Shown here in pieces: positions 1 to 14,010 of a stretch of DNA of 64,000 bases (positions are counted from its first letter, which is position 1; each line of letters starts with the position of its first letter). The stretch is from Octopus vulgaris (taxonomy: Eukaryota). Both the position numbers and the translations under genes were made by a program. The stretch covers positions 45,198,001 through 45,262,000 of the forward strand of contig OX597829.1 of NCBI GenBank assembly GCA_951406725.2, read 5' to 3'. The notes under the pieces were generated by a model, which was not told where the DNA came from, ran no database searches, and saw only the letters and a program-made list of their open reading frames with translations.

Positions 1-1187
1 ATATATATGCATCTGTTCTGCAGCTGCATTTGGCAGTCACATTACTCTTTGTCGGATGGTTTTTACTGATTTTTATCATAATTTATAAATATTTTCTTCC
101 ATCTTATAACAACATGTATTATTCACTTCCCTCACCCATGAAGAGCACTTAGTCAGAAATTATTTAATGGCATCAACAAGGGCTCACAAATAACAACAAC
201 ACTTGAAAATATATGAAAATGTATAAAGAAAAAAACTAATAACAACTTAAACAACAATGGTAGCAAGCTGAAAAACATCAATTGAATTATATATACATGT
301 ATATATATATATATATAATGCATATAATATGATGTGTGTAAATAAGTATATAACTGTAAATAACCTATATGTTGACAGACATATATTTATTACATGTTTA
401 TGTATGTGCATTTATAAATCTGTGTATGCATCTAATATGTAATGTATGTATGTATGTATGTATGTATGTATGTATGTATGTATGTATGTATGTATGTATG
501 TATATATGTATGTATGTATGTATATAGGTATATATGTATGTATATAGGTATATATATATGTGTATATATATTATATATATATGTATATATTTATATATGT
601 ATGTATGTATGTATGCATATATGTAAGTATCATCATCATCATTTAGCGTCCGTTTTCCATGCTAGCATGGGTTGGACGGTTCAACTGGGGTCTGTGAAGC
701 CGGAAGGCTGCATCAGGCCTTCCGGCGTCCATAAAATTGCTACCCGTTGAGAACTCTGCATACTGGAAGCCAGAAAGTTTTTTATGACATACATTATAAA
801 TCTAGTTTTTTTACGACAGCCAATTTAAGGTCCTGAATGGTTTCATACAGGAAAACCTTCCAAGATCAGAACAGAAAAATCAACAATCATCAGACATAGT
901 TAAAAGGTTTTGTGTTGCTGAGGGTGGGGGACTGGATGGATGGATGGATTGATGGCTGGACATAAATTTGTATGTGTGTATATAAGAGGAAGAGCAGACA
1001 AAGAGAAGAAGAGAGACACAGTAAAATTAGAACATCATCATCATCATTTAACGTCCACCTTCTATGCTGGCATGGGTGGGAAGTCTCTACTGAATAGTTT
1101 GTTTGCAGTTCAGAGAAGTTCAACATTCTCATTATGCTGATCGTCTACAAGAAATGCAGTTTATACAAATTGTGAATCTGTAAATAT

Positions 1188-1851
1188 TCTTTTCTACTCT
1201 AGGCATAAGGCCCGAAATTTTGGGGTGTGGGGGCCAGTTGATTAGATTGATCCCAGTACACAACTATCGCTTAATTTATTGACCCCTAAAAGGATGAAAG
1301 GCAAAGTCAACCTCAGTGGAATTTGAACTCAGAGCGCAAAGACAGATGAAATACTGCTAAGCATTTCATCCGGTGTGCTAACATTTCTTATTTCTTTATT
1401 GCCCACAAGGGGCTAAACATAGGGGGGATAAACAAGGACAGACAAAAGGATTAAGTTGATTAGATCACCCCAGTGCATAACTAATACTTAATTTATCGAC
1501 CCTGAAAGGATGAAAGGCAAAATCGACCTCGGTGGAATTTGAACTCAGAACGTATAGACAGACGAAATACCGGTAAGCATTTTGTCCGGTGTGCCAACGT
1601 TTCTGCCAGCTCACTGCCTTAGAATCTGTGAATTTTCTTTTCTACTCTAGGCACAAGGCCTGGAATTTTGGGGGAGGGGACCAGTTGATTAGATCTACGC
1701 CAGTATGCAACTGGTACTTAATTTATTGACCCCCGAAAGGATGAAAGGCAAAGTCAACCTCGGTGGAATTTGAACACAGAACGTAAAGACAGACGAAATA
1801 CCACAAAGCATTTCGTCTGGTATGCTAACGTTTCTGCCAGCTCACTGCCTT
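1188..1851 (-). mobile_element. Three tandem tRNA-derived SINE copies (family A)
   Basis: Reverse complement of the GGC..GAGCTGGCAGAAACGTTAGCAC..GAGTTCAAATTCC..GACTTTGCCTTTCATCCTTTCGGGGTCGATAAATTAAGTACCAG consensus, repeated three times. Confidence 0.85.
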
Positions 1852-2585
1852 AGAAGCTGTAAATATTAAAGGGATGCGTGTATAATGCACAAAGTAACAA
1901 ATACAGCATGGATTCAGTTGCATGTTGGCCAAGCTTCACACTAAATAGTTATTCCTGGAGCAACGATTATTTTTCAATAATTGCTGGCAAATATAACTGC
2001 ACTCATATCTGGCACAATTCCAAGACATCCAGTGTCAATTGCTGGATTGATTTCTAGGCAATCAACCTCATCTCTCAGGGATTCTACCCACAGATATCTA
2101 ACGTTGCACTTCCTTCTGTCCACTAATGTTTCCACTGTCCACACAATTAGATAACACCCACTTATCTGAGAAAGGAAAAGCCACCAACTTCAAACAATAA
2201 GAGTATCATAACTATGTCAACACATCAGGAAAGAGTTGACTGAGAGATGTAAGTTGGAATACTTTGATCAGCTAATGAAATCGTTCATCCTTTGTGTAAG
2301 GGCAGCGATGTATGAATTTGCAATTTGTTCAATCAGAATTACTTATAATGTATTACAAAAATGTAATCAATAGTGTTGTTGGTTTAAAGATTTCTGACAG
2401 ACCAATCATTTGTTCATTTTATTTCCAACTGTGATGGTGACAAGGGAGTGCCTGCGTAACATAGTGCAGAACAAATATCAACAAAGGACTACATTCAAAG
2501 AGCACTGGTATGAGATTATTCTCTCAACACACTGTGTGTGTGCACGTGCATGCACACACATACACACGCACAAATATATGGGAAG

Positions 2586-3011
2586 ATAGATAGATGGATA
2601 AGTAGGTAGGTAGGTCGGTGTGTCGGTCGGTAGGTATGTAGGTAAGTAGGTAGGTAGGTAGATAGATAGGTAAGCAGGTATGTATGTAGGTAGGTAGGTA
2701 GGTAGATAGATAGGTAAGCAGGTATGTATGTATGTAGGTAGGTAGATAGATAGGTATGTATGTAGGTAGGTAGGTAGGTAGATAGATAGGTAAGCAGGTA
2801 GGTAGGTAGGTATGTAGGTAGATAGGTAGGTATGTAGGTAGATAGATAGATAGATAGGTAAGCAGGTATGTATGTAGGTAGGTAGATAGATAGGTAAGCA
2901 GGTATGTAGGTAGGTAGGTAGATAGATAGGTATGTAGGTAGGTAGATAGATAGGTATGTATGTAGGTAGGTAGATAGATAGGTAAGCAGGTAGGTGGGTG
3001 GGTGGGTGGGT
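2586..3011. repeat. Compound (TAGG/GATA/TATG)n tetranucleotide array
   Basis: Directly visible. It produces the spurious PTYL/SIYL ORFs. Confidence 0.95.
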
Positions 3012-3917
3012 GCACTCAGAGAGCACTCTGCTGAGTGGTTGGTGTTAGGAAGGGCATCCAACTGTAAAATTCCTGCCAAAACAGTCACAGAAGTCTGGTA
3101 CAGGCTTCTGCCTGGCTGGCTCTTGTGGTACTGTCCCACCGATACTAGCATGGAGGGTGGACGTTAAATGTTGATGATGATGATGAGTTGAACTATCACA
3201 TATAAATTTAGTATACATAGCCTCTGGTGAGAACAAGAATAATCTCTTAGAGAAAAAGTTGATGGCTGAAAATATCTTTTGGCTTGAAAGACAGTTAGCC
3301 TTCAGCCACAATAAGAAAATTCCCTATAGAGAGCTGAACCTTGGGGTTTTTATATGCTCACTAAAAAGTTCTAGAATATTCCATTAGATTGACTTTTTTA
3401 TGTTAGTGCCTATTAAAATCAGGCATCAATGATGATTGACTGGAAAAAATATTGAGAGATAGTGCCAAAATGCCAGACTTACTCACAAGAAATGGGGATC
3501 AAGATATAAATGGGGTCAAGTAAAAGAAGAGATAGAGAGAGAGAGAGAGAGAGAGCCTTCCTCGAAATCAAACCTGGAATGATTAAGTTTGAAATTTTAA
3601 ACATTAAAAAAGCTATCCTTGCCCTGAAATGGCTTTTTTTTTTTTTTTTTTTGCGCATATAAAAATTAGGGCTCCCTAAAGTATCCTGAACAAAAATATA
3701 CAGCTATATCATTGATATTCCAGAATTTCTTGTTCCAGAACCTTGAGAGATTAACCGTTTCGCTGGATCATCAGTCGTCATTTAATTAATGATAATTCAT
3801 CAGCTCCAACCTGCTAATTTATAGACTAATTACTAATTATATGGCACATGTACAGCAACACTCATCCATCTTATATTTATTTTTTAAGCAGTTCCACTTT
3901 ATTAATGCTTATGTTTG

Positions 3918-4130
3918 AAGGCAGCAAGATGGCAGAATCATTAACACATCAGGCAAAATGCTGAGTACCATTTCATCTGTCTTCGTGTTCTGAGTTCAAG
4001 TTCCTCCAAAGTTGACTGCTTTTCATCTTTACAGAGTTGACGAAATAAGTACCAGTTGAGCACTGGAGGCAACGTAATCAACAAGTCCCTCCTCAAAAAT
4101 TTCAGGCCTTATGCCTATAGTAGAAAGGAT
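3918..4130 (+). mobile_element. SINE family A, diverged copy
   Basis: ggcagcaagatggcagaatc head, gagttcaagttcc B-box-like motif, central tttcatcttt..aagtaccagttg domain. Confidence 0.75.
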
Positions 4131-5715
4131 TAATGTTTATGTTTGACACAATCACTGACTTTATCATGTCTCTTACCTCTCAGAGCCAAAGCTAAAGGGA
4201 AACTTTGAGCTTTAATAAGAAGAGGATCTCTCAAAATTTTGGTATTGCCACTAATAAATGTAGTATAAATATTGCATGTAAACACACACTACACATGTCA
4301 TCACATGAAGTCACTCAGGGAACTAGACTGGTGGTTATGGAAATTTCAAGTTCCTCCTCGTAATATATCTGGATTAAAGGAGGTGTCGAACCATTAATTG
4401 CCGGAAAATCGATGGTGCGCGTGTACAACATTATTAACGTCACTGATGCATTACACATTTTCCCAAATATTCACCTTATGAAACAGGCAGAAAACTAACA
4501 CAGCAGTTTGTGTTTATTTTGAAGAAATAAGATATTGAATAATGAAAGTAATTAAAGAACACTAATATTCAATAATGAAATTATTTAAAGAACAAATGTA
4601 TTTGGATAATGGCATTATTTAAAGAATAGAATTATATGCTTTTGAAAGTACTTAAAAGAAGAAAGTGTTAGATATGGAAAGCATTTGAAAAAAAAAAACC
4701 AATATATTTAATACCGAAAGTAAATCAGTGTGACTAGCATTGTACTGAAACACAATTCTAGTTGTTGTAATGATGATAATGAAATAAAAATAAACGAACA
4801 TCTCAGCTACCAATTAATATTGTTCTCTTTCACTCATTTATTCAGTGCCTAATATCTTTACACATGATTGCCATAATTGGTGACTTCCTTTGTTTTATAA
4901 ACTTGTAGCAAGCATGTTCACAGTTTGTCGCTTTATCTTTAAGTACCCACATTTTGGCTCATTGCCATTGCTTTCTGCAGGTGGTCACATGACCATAACT
5001 GTTCATGCCTATTGGATGCATTAAGTCATTCAATGAGACCTCATGTCTGACCACAAAAGTGTGGTCCTTTTTGAGCCTACCCTTAGCTATTTAAGGATGC
5101 CTTTTCCCACTATTTTCTTCAGTGAGGTCGGTCGACACAGTGAAGTTCAGATCTTTGGCAGAGAGCACGTTTTATTCTGCTACACATTCGCCATGAGGAG
5201 AGAACTGTCAGCAGAGATTTTTGCCATTTTGTCCCCATGCTCCGTGTTTTTCCCACACGCATCTTCATGGTCAATCCGCAAGAGGAACCAATGCATTTTT
5301 ATTAACAGAATTATTCGTGTCTACCAGTTTGCTGTATCTTCTATTAGCGGTGAAATAAATGTGGCAGTCAATTTTAATTTGGTATTTCTTGATGTTCTTT
5401 ATTATGATTCGTTTGAAACCAGAAGATTATAATATTACCAAGGCCTTAGCCAACTTCACCTTTTTCACCTCGTTAAAAACTGTTCAAATTGGATCTTGCA
5501 CTCAACCACTACAAACTGGTGATGCCAACTTGAAAACATGCCCACATATAAAGTGATGCTCATAACCTTTACAAATTGGCAATTCCAAGGTCCATTGATC
5601 ATTGCAACATGATTGTTACAAACTGGTGACTACCTATATTTATTGATCATGACAAATCGGTGACCCAAACATTTCATAGTCATTACAGACCTTATTTGTC
5701 AATGGTTTTGTCAAA

Positions 5716-6793
5716 AGGCAGCAAGCTGGCAGAATCGTTAGTGCACCGGACGAAATGCTTAGCGGTATTTCGCCTACCGTTGCATTCTGAGTTCATATTC
5801 TGCCAAGGTCGACTTTGCCTTTCAACCTTTCGGGGTCGATAAATTAAGTACCATTTACACACTGGGGTCAATATAATCGACTTAATCCGTTTGTCTGTCT
5901 TTGGTTGTCCTCTCTGTGTTTAGCCCCTTGTGGGTAGTAAAGAAATGGGGGGGGGGTCAAAACAGTTTATTGTATGCTTCATATATTAGCTTCAAAATAA
6001 CATCTTAGCAAATTCTGTCATGTTTATAATGCTATTTATTCCCAGTACAGATTATTTCTTGCTATATTTTCTCTTTTGTCTTAAATGAAATGACATTTTA
6101 ATATTTTCTGAAATTAAGGTGGCAAGCTGGCAGTAACATTAACACGCCAGGCAAAATGCTTAGCAGTATTTCGTCTGTCTTTATGTTCTGAGTTCAGATT
6201 CCGTTGAGGTCAACATTGCCTTTCATCCCTTCGGAGTCGATAAATTAAATACCAGTTGCATATTGAGATCGATCTAATCGACTGGCCCTCTCCCCAAAAA
6301 TTGCAGGCTTTGTGCCTAGAGTAGAAAAGAATATCAGAAGGTAACAAGCTGGCAGAAATGTTAACACTCCAGGTAAAATTCTTAGTGGCATTTCATCCGT
6401 CTTTATGTTCTGGGTTCAAATTCTGCCAAGATCAACATTACCTTTTGTCCTTTCAGGGTTGATAAATTAAGTACCAGTTGTGTACTGGGGTCGATCTAAT
6501 TGACTGGCTCCTTCCCCAAAAATTTCGGGCCTTGTGCCTAGAGAAGAAAAGAATATTATCTGAAATTATGAGGTGGCAAGCTGGCAGAATCATTAGCACA
6601 CAAGACAAAATACTAGGACAAAATGCTTAGTAGCATTTTGTCCAACTTTAAGTTCTGAGTTCAAAATTCTCTGACATCAACTTTACCTTTCATCCTTTCA
6701 GGGTTGATAAAATAAATACCATTTGAACACTGAAGTTGATATAATCAGCTTATCCTTCCCACTAAATTGCTGGCTTTGTGCCAAAATTTGAAA
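5716..6793 (+). mobile_element. Cluster of four SINE family A copies just upstream of the first TRPC exon
   Basis: Copies start near 5716, 6118, 6339 and 6571, each with an AAGCTGGCAG head and the conserved central domain. Confidence 0.85.
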
Positions 6794-6864
6794 TCATTAT
6801 TTTTCTGAAATTGTCTTACTAAAAGATATCTTTTCTTTTCTTTCTTTTTTTTTTTTTTCTCCAG

Positions 6865-7309
6865 GTTTCATATGGGCTGAATGCAAACAACTTTGGGAAG
6901 AAGGGCTAAAAGCATATGTTCGCCAATGGTGGAATTGGCTTGATTTTATAATGTTATCACTTTACCTGGCTACATTCTCATTACGAATCGTGGCTTATAT
7001 TCAAGTAGAATCAGGGAAATATGGACCCGATAACATGCAAAGGAAAAACTGGCCAGTCAATGACCCAACACTTATATCTGAAGGACTTTTTGCAGTAGCA
7101 AATGTTTTTAGTTTTGCTCGAATTATATTTTTGTTTCAAGCGAATCAACACCTCGGGCCATTACAAATATCATTAGGTTGCATGTTGATAGATATTGCAA
7201 AGTTTTTATTTATATTCTTCTTGGTTTTAACGTCATTTGCGTGTGGTCTAAATCAGCTATATTGGTACTACAACCCAAGCAATAACCCAGGAAATCGAGC
7301 ATTTTCAAC
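6865..7309 (+). CDS. TRPC-family channel, internal exon (S2-S5 and start of the pore loop)
   Basis: Poly-pyrimidine tract and CAG acceptor (6862-6864), GTAAGT donor at 7310. Reads [93 protein letters not shown], which are hallmark TRPC motifs. Ends in phase 2 (AC). Confidence 0.95.
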
Positions 7310-7367
7310 GTAAGTATATATATATATAATCTTTACTTCGTTTCAATTTTTCTTGTTCGTATAAATT

Positions 7368-7747
7368 CTTTTATTCTTTTACTTGTTCCAGTCATTTGAC
7401 TGCGGCCATGCTGGAGCACTGCCTTTAGTCGAGCAAATCGACTCCGGGACTTATTCTTTGTAAGCCTAGTACTTATTCTATCGGTCTCTTTTGCCGAACT
7501 GCCAAGTTACAGAGACATAAGCACACCAGCATCGGTTTTCAAGCGAAGTTGGGGGGACAAATACAGACACACAAACATATACATACATATATATATACGA
7601 CGGGTTTCTTTCAGTTTCCTTCTACCAAATCCATTCACAAGGTTTTGGTAGGCCCGAGGCTATAGCAGAAGGTGCCACGGAGTGGGACTGAACCCGGAAC
7701 CATGTGGTTGGTAAGCAAGCTACTTACCACACAGCCACTCCTGCGCC
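7368..7747 (-). mobile_element. tRNA-derived SINE (family B)
   Basis: The minus strand starts GGCGCAGGAGTGGCTGTGTGGTAAG..GGTTCCGGGTTCAGTCCC (A/B-box-like) and ends GACTGGAACAAGTAAAAGAATA. Diverged copies lie at ~19730-20180, ~25990-26370 and ~26830-27010. Confidence 0.85.
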
Positions 7748-8068
7748 TATATATATATATATGTATATGTGTGTGTGTGTGTATATACACTTGTATGTTT
7801 TTAAATAGAAATACATTACATTGCATGTGTGTGGGTGTAGTAATGGGTGATCCCTTTTTTATCTTTCCAAAGAAAGCCTAATTGTTGTTATTAGTGTTAT
7901 TGTGGTTGTTGTTGTTGATGGTGTTGCTTTGTTTTTACTTAATTCCATGTCTGTCCTGGTTGGTTTGAGATCGAAATTATCATCATACTGACCAAAGCAA
8001 ATTTTTTAAAAAATGAAACCTACTCCCTACTTATATTTTATATTTAATTATAATTCCAGGGAATGCTA

Positions 8069-8292
8069 CCCTTTAACATTCAGATTATTCTGTTAAATGT
8101 AAAGCTTATTTAATCACATTGTTTTGAATTTATCGTCCATTATTTCATAGCTTTGAGATTTCAATGATGTGATTGTTTACTTTTAGAATGACATTGCAGG
8201 ATAGTTGTGAGAGGCCTGATCCAGTCAGTTTGAACATAAAACTGGTAGAATATTTGGGCCGGATATGGACAGTTTGAATACTAAATGGTTAA
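8069..8292 (-). mobile_element. piggyBac-type MITE, diverged copy
   Basis: Reverse-orientation homolog of 35730-35949, with CCCTTTAACATTCA and TGAATACTAAATGGTTAA ends. Confidence 0.65.
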
Positions 8293-8631
8293 ATATTACA
8301 CATAATTGTAATTTTTTCTTCATCACTAAGGCAGAAAATTAAATTAGAATATCTTAGCTTACTACACCAATTGTGTTAGCATCTACTTTACTATGGGTAA
8401 ATGGTACAAAAATTATCTGAAGGCAGAGATGCACATCAGACAAAATGCCTAGTGGTATTTCTTATGACTCTTTATGTTCTGAGCTCAAATCCCAACAAGG
8501 TCAGCATTGCCTTACATCTCTCCAGGGTTGATAAAATAAAGAACCAATCAGTTACTAGAGTGATCAACTTGTACCCCTCCCCCATCAAAATTGCTGGCTT
8601 TGAGCAGGCCTAAACATAACAGCATTAGGAA

Positions 8632-9430
8632 TGGATTGTATAAATGTATGTAGCCTGAGGACATCTTGGAAGCAGGAGTGCTTGCTCAATGATGTCAGGT
8701 CATTAGCTATGGATGTGTTAGCCATCAGTGAGACCAAGATTGCTAAGGGATCCATTTTTCAAGGAATTTGAGATCTATACATCTCTGAGCTGACCAGGAA
8801 TAGAAGTCAGAGTAGCAGTGTTGTTTCAGAAAGGTTCAAATCTCTATATATAGTCAATCTTTCTGAACCCAAACAGTAAGTTGGAGGCCCTGGGCATTAA
8901 AACGAATAACAATAAATGCCTTCAGACCAATAGCTTCTTGCACTTTAATAGGGGCAGGGCAGCCAGATTTCTTCAGGTGTCTAGAAGTTTTCCCCAGAAA
9001 TCCTTTTCATTGGCAGATGTATGTTTGGATTGTGTGTGGCTAGCTGATAAGGAGATCAGGTATAAGAGTCTCCCAAATCTGCTCAGATGTTTCCAACCCT
9101 GACTGAAATTTCTAGAATGCACCCACATCATGGGTAGTTAGCATCATTCATCTAGACAAAGTATTCTGTAAGTCAGCAAACAGGAATAGCATAGGGTGTC
9201 TACAATTCAAATTAGTCTACTGCATAGACTAGAAATTTGTGATCTGTTCAGCCAGCCTATATAGGTTGCATAGACAGAGACACAATTGCTGGAAACTGAA
9301 AATGTCTTTCCCAAAACATCAAGTTTGCGGAGATTGGATTAGAGAGCTAATTAAGAGGAAGTTTACAGAGGCAACCAACAATAACCGATGGTGGTAGAAA
9401 GCCTAGAAAATGGTCATTATGTTACAGTTA
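8632..9430 (+). pseudogene. Decayed LINE (L1/Tx1-like) AP-endonuclease region
   Basis: Frame reads MDCINVCSLRTSWKQECLLNDVRSLAMDVLAISETKI, matching the APE N-terminal NVxSL and DxxAxSET motifs. Disrupted downstream. Confidence 0.6.
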
Positions 9431-11471
9431 ATAAGTTTTAGTAAGGAAAGAGTGGGAGGAAATTCAAGACTAGAAGGAGAGCTAGTTAGTAACCTAGAAG
9501 AGATGCTTAGAAGCACTTGCATAGCTGATAGGGCGGGCAGTAGGGGTGGCACTTTTAAAGGGGCTCTACTTTTGGGTCTGCTGTAGGCAACGTGTTTGTG
9601 GGGTCTAGGGCTGGCAAACGGAAGGGCCAAGGGCCACCCTGGGCAGCACACACTCTGGTTACGTTAGTGCCTAGGAGGGGCATTGCAACTGATGTGCGTA
9701 TAGTAAGATTGGTTATTGACCAGTTCTTCTATGCTTAGCACGAAAATTGCATTGTTATGTGCTTTAAGACATGAGGGAATGAAAACCATTTGATGGGCCC
9801 AGATGGCAGAGAGACAACATGGCAACAAAGTCACAGTTGAGGTAGATTAGTTCTAGATACTAAAAATAAGTAACCTTCACACCAGTACTCCAGCATGGTC
9901 AGTGACTGCAGTCCAAAGACTGCAATGAGTGAAAGAAAAAAATGCACTGTCTATAATACAAAAATATTTTATTTAGTTTTATGGAGTAAAAAAACAAAAA
10001 TACTTAAATGGTTTATTAATTCACTAATAACATAAACGTGGTATCTTTAATAACTCCTAGTGATACACAGATATCAAAATGTGCATCTACACATTTTTGT
10101 AACGTACATTTGTTAACTAGATTTGACCCTCTAACCTACATTTTTCATTGAACAGTTATACAGATTATTGATGGTGTGATACATATCTCAAATGCATTAT
10201 TGAATACTAAACTTTAACAGGCTGTGAACTTTTGCCTTATTGATACCTTACATGGAACATTAAGTAATTATCTGTGCTCCAAAGGAAAGGAAAGGAAAGA
10301 GAAACTACTGCATCAGATGGGAAAGTAAAAATGAGGTTGAATTAATTCAGGTTTTTAAGAAAAATAAGAACATTCTATTTATCAGATAAGATGTTCAGTT
10401 TTGTTCTTTTGTTTTTTGTGTTTTGGGACTGTTTTTTTTTTATGATCTGGGGGTTAACCAAGAGAAAAAATTTGGAAAATAAGACTGATTATTCAATTTC
10501 TGTCAGTGAGTGGGGGTTAAATAAGAGAAAATGAGGAAAATAAGACAAATTACTCTATTTCTTCCGACACGTGCAAGTTAAATAAGACAAATAATTTGAG
10601 TTCTTTCATCAGCTGGGAAGTAAATAAGAGAAAATGAGAAAATAAGAGCATAACTGACAATGAGGTTACTTGCAGCTAAAATTGTGCAGATAGTGAATCT
10701 CAAAGTCGGTTATTTGTTTGGCACCATCAGTGAATTTTGGAGGAATTTATTTTAACTCACGGTGTCTGTTGGGTAAGAAAAGGCAGAAAACAAAAACTAT
10801 GTAGATACCATTCGAGCGTGATCGTTACCTGCGTCGCCTTACAAGCACTTGTACTAGTGGCACATGAAAAAAACATTTGAACGAGATCATTGCCAGTGCC
10901 ACTGGACTGAAAGCACATTTGAGTGTGGCCGTTGCCAGTACCACCTAACTGGCGCTCGTGCCGGTGGCACGTAAAAGCACCCACTACACTCTCGGAGTGG
11001 TTGGTATTAGGAAGGGCATCCAGCTGTAGAAACTCTGCCAGATCAGATTGGAGTCTGGTTCACCAGACCTCAGTCAAATCGTCCAACCCATGCTAGCATA
11101 GAAAGCGGATGTTAAACGACGCTGATGATGATGATATGAGATTATAATGTTGTGCAGGAACAAGTTGAAACTAGCTATGGAAGTCTGTTGAACAAAAAAT
11201 ATTATGACAGTTCAGGAATGTATCCATCATTCTATTTCTTTTGATACAGCAGGAATGATACCAAGCAGTTCTTAAAAAGATATTGACAGATTACCAATAA
11301 GAATAGGCATAAATGATTCCCAGAAAATAGCATCCTTAAAGCAATTGTATCCATATTCAGTTTTTGAACATATTTTCTATAATGTTCATAAATCATTTTC
11401 ATGTAAGAGAGAGATCTTCATGCATGCTTCAAATCATGAGTTACAATCATAATAATAATGATAATAATAAT

Positions 11472-12086
11472 CACAAACTATTTGCCCTAGACTTGCCCAA
11501 AACTATTGGAAGTTGTGGCAACATGATGAGGTAGCAAAAGTGCTACATTGGAAACTGTACAAAAAGTGAGGACTAGTGAGAGGCAAGATGTGGCATGAGC
11601 ACAAACTAGAGAGTGACGGAGTCATAGACTAGCAAAATCCTCTGGGATTTCCCGATTCAAACAGATCAAGTGCTAGAGCATAACAGACCAGACCTAGTAG
11701 TGGTGGACAAGGTGCACCACATGTACTGTATAGTTGATGTTGCATGCCTCTTTGACCTATGAATAGTCAAGAAGGAAGGTGAAAAAATAAATACATCTCT
11801 CTTAAGTATGAAATAGCCCTGCTATGGAAAATGAAGAGGGTGGAGATAGTGCCAATTATTGTTGGGTCCTTGGGAACAGTACCAGAAGGCATCAAGAGGA
11901 ATATAAAGGAATCTGGCATAGAGTGGCCAGCAGAACTATTACAGAAAATTTGCCTCCTTGGTTTGGCCAGAATAATGAGGAAAGTATTAAGTAGTCAAAA
12001 AGCATGGTACCATAGGCTGCAGTCAGCAAGCCCGCAATTCTTGCAAGACTCCAGGAGTTTACAACAAAACCTGAGATAAAAAGAAT
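11472..12086 (+). mobile_element. 3' fragment of an R4/Dong-like RLE non-LTR retrotransposon
   Basis: Decayed frame reads HDEVAKVLHWKL..ILWDFPIQTDQVLEHNRPDLVVVDK..VDVAC..IVPIIVGSLG..LLQKICLLG. Flanked by (AAT)n on both sides. Confidence 0.8.
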
Positions 12087-12097
12087 TAATAATAATG

Positions 12098-12141
<44 letters not shown>

Positions 12142-13758
12142 TCTTTCTACTACAGGCACAAGGTCTGCAAATTTTTGGGAGAGGTTTAGTCAATTACACT
12201 GATTCCAGTGATTGACTAGTATTTTATTTCATCTGCTCTGAAAGGATGGAATATAAAATTGACCTTGCCTCACTGAAGAGCATTTATTTCTCTCTCTTCA
12301 TTTATGGATTGTCATCATACAACTACACAACCCTCATCCTCTTGATTTATCAACAGAGAAAAGTAGACCCTCTTACTCTTTCTCTCCTTTTTTCACTAGT
12401 CTTCTAGCAGTCAACAAATGATGAAGTTAACTACCTACAGAATGGATAACAGAAATGAAACTAATCATTGTATAACAGGAACTCAGAAAAATAATCTTAT
12501 ACGATGATAATTAAAATCCATTTCAACTAATGATATTTTTCTTCCTCCTGTCATTCGCTCGCTACATATTATCATTATAAGTCTTGTCCCATGTAAATGA
12601 TAGTAATGCTCACTTTCGGCTGTACCAACTCCCAATATTAACAGCAATAAGGAAATAGAAATATGGGTTATGTTAACCCAGCCAAACCAAGTTCTCAATC
12701 ATACAGGGGGAGTGAATAACACTAAATGCTTCCAAATGTACCTTTTTTTTTAATTACTATCTTGCTCTAATCATTCTGGGGGTTTTTTTTGTTGTTGTTT
12801 TTAAGTTGTTGATATTCCCAAATCACCTTGGTTTTCTATAATTTACTTTTGTACATTCTCACACAGTTTTTATTACCTTCCTAGTTTTAATGTTTAATGT
12901 AACAAAATGACTGCAAATGCTTCTAATTTCTCTTGATACAACTAAATAAATAAGTGAAAGAACTATAACTGGTGTATTGGAAGAATTATTAGAGCATCAA
13001 AACTGTGTGAGGCTGTCCTAACAGTGTCTACAAATCTTAGCACCACCATATTCTGGAGTATGCCTGTACCTCTTCTTACATTCTATTAGAAATGCTTGTT
13101 TCACTCCACTTGTACCGATAGAAAATTTACCAAAAAAGTACAATCCTCAGCTACTAGAATACATTTAGTTCAACAGCTAGGTAGGCGTAAGTTAAGTTGT
13201 ATAGTAATTTTCTAAAGTGGATAGAGTTTGAAATGGTCACTAGGGAGCTTTTTCTTGAAGTAGATGACTCTTAGGGGCTGAATGTAGCTTTATTATTATT
13301 ATTATTGTATTGCATCTCCAGGCTTTGCTATATTTATTATCAGAGCTATCGTAATACAATAAGGCATTTTGTTTCAGGAGTTTCCCCTAAGTGACACCTG
13401 TCATCTATATTAAAGAATATCTGGATATTCCTTTCAATATTTCTAGAGGTGGTAAGATGGTAAGCTGGCAGAATCATTATCATACCAAGCAAAATGCTTT
13501 GCAGTATTTCATCTGCCTTTACATTCTGAGTTCAAATTCCACCAAGGTCAGCCTTGCCTTTTATCCTTTCAGGGTCAGTAAAATAAGTACTAGTTTAGCA
13601 TTAGCATTATGTAATTGATTTAACGCCTTCCTCCAAATTACTAGCCTTGTGCCAAAATTTGAAACCAGTATTTCTAGTGGTAATGGCCTACTTCCGTGTT
13701 GTAAATATTGTTTTTGATGCCCAATTCAAGCGAAATTTGTGCGTCTAAACCAGAATGA

Positions 13759-14010
13759 AGGCACATGGCTTAGTGGTTAGGGTGTTAGACTTCTGATTGT
13801 AAGATTGTGGTTTCGATTCCTGGATCAGGCGATGCATTGTGTTCTTGAGCAAAGCACTTCATTTCACATTGCTCCAGTCCACTCAGCTGGCAAAAATGAG
13901 TAATCCTACAAAGGACTGGCTTCCCATCCAGGTGGGGAGTTCATATGCCATGGAAACCAGGGAACTGGCCCTTATGAGTTGGTGTGACTCAAGAAAGTAA
14001 CTTTACCTTC
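13759..14010 (+). mobile_element. tRNA-derived CORE-type SINE (family C)
   Basis: GGCACATGGCTTAGTGG (A box), GGTTTCGATTCC (B box), CORE-like GTGTTCTTGAGCAAAGCACTT. Related copies at ~29380-29560 and 48258-48590. Confidence 0.75.

Noticed and set aside
4860-5560. 129-aa ORF (5043-5432) and a possible minus-strand transposase remnant
   Set aside because: No recognisable motif or usable splice structure in either direction.
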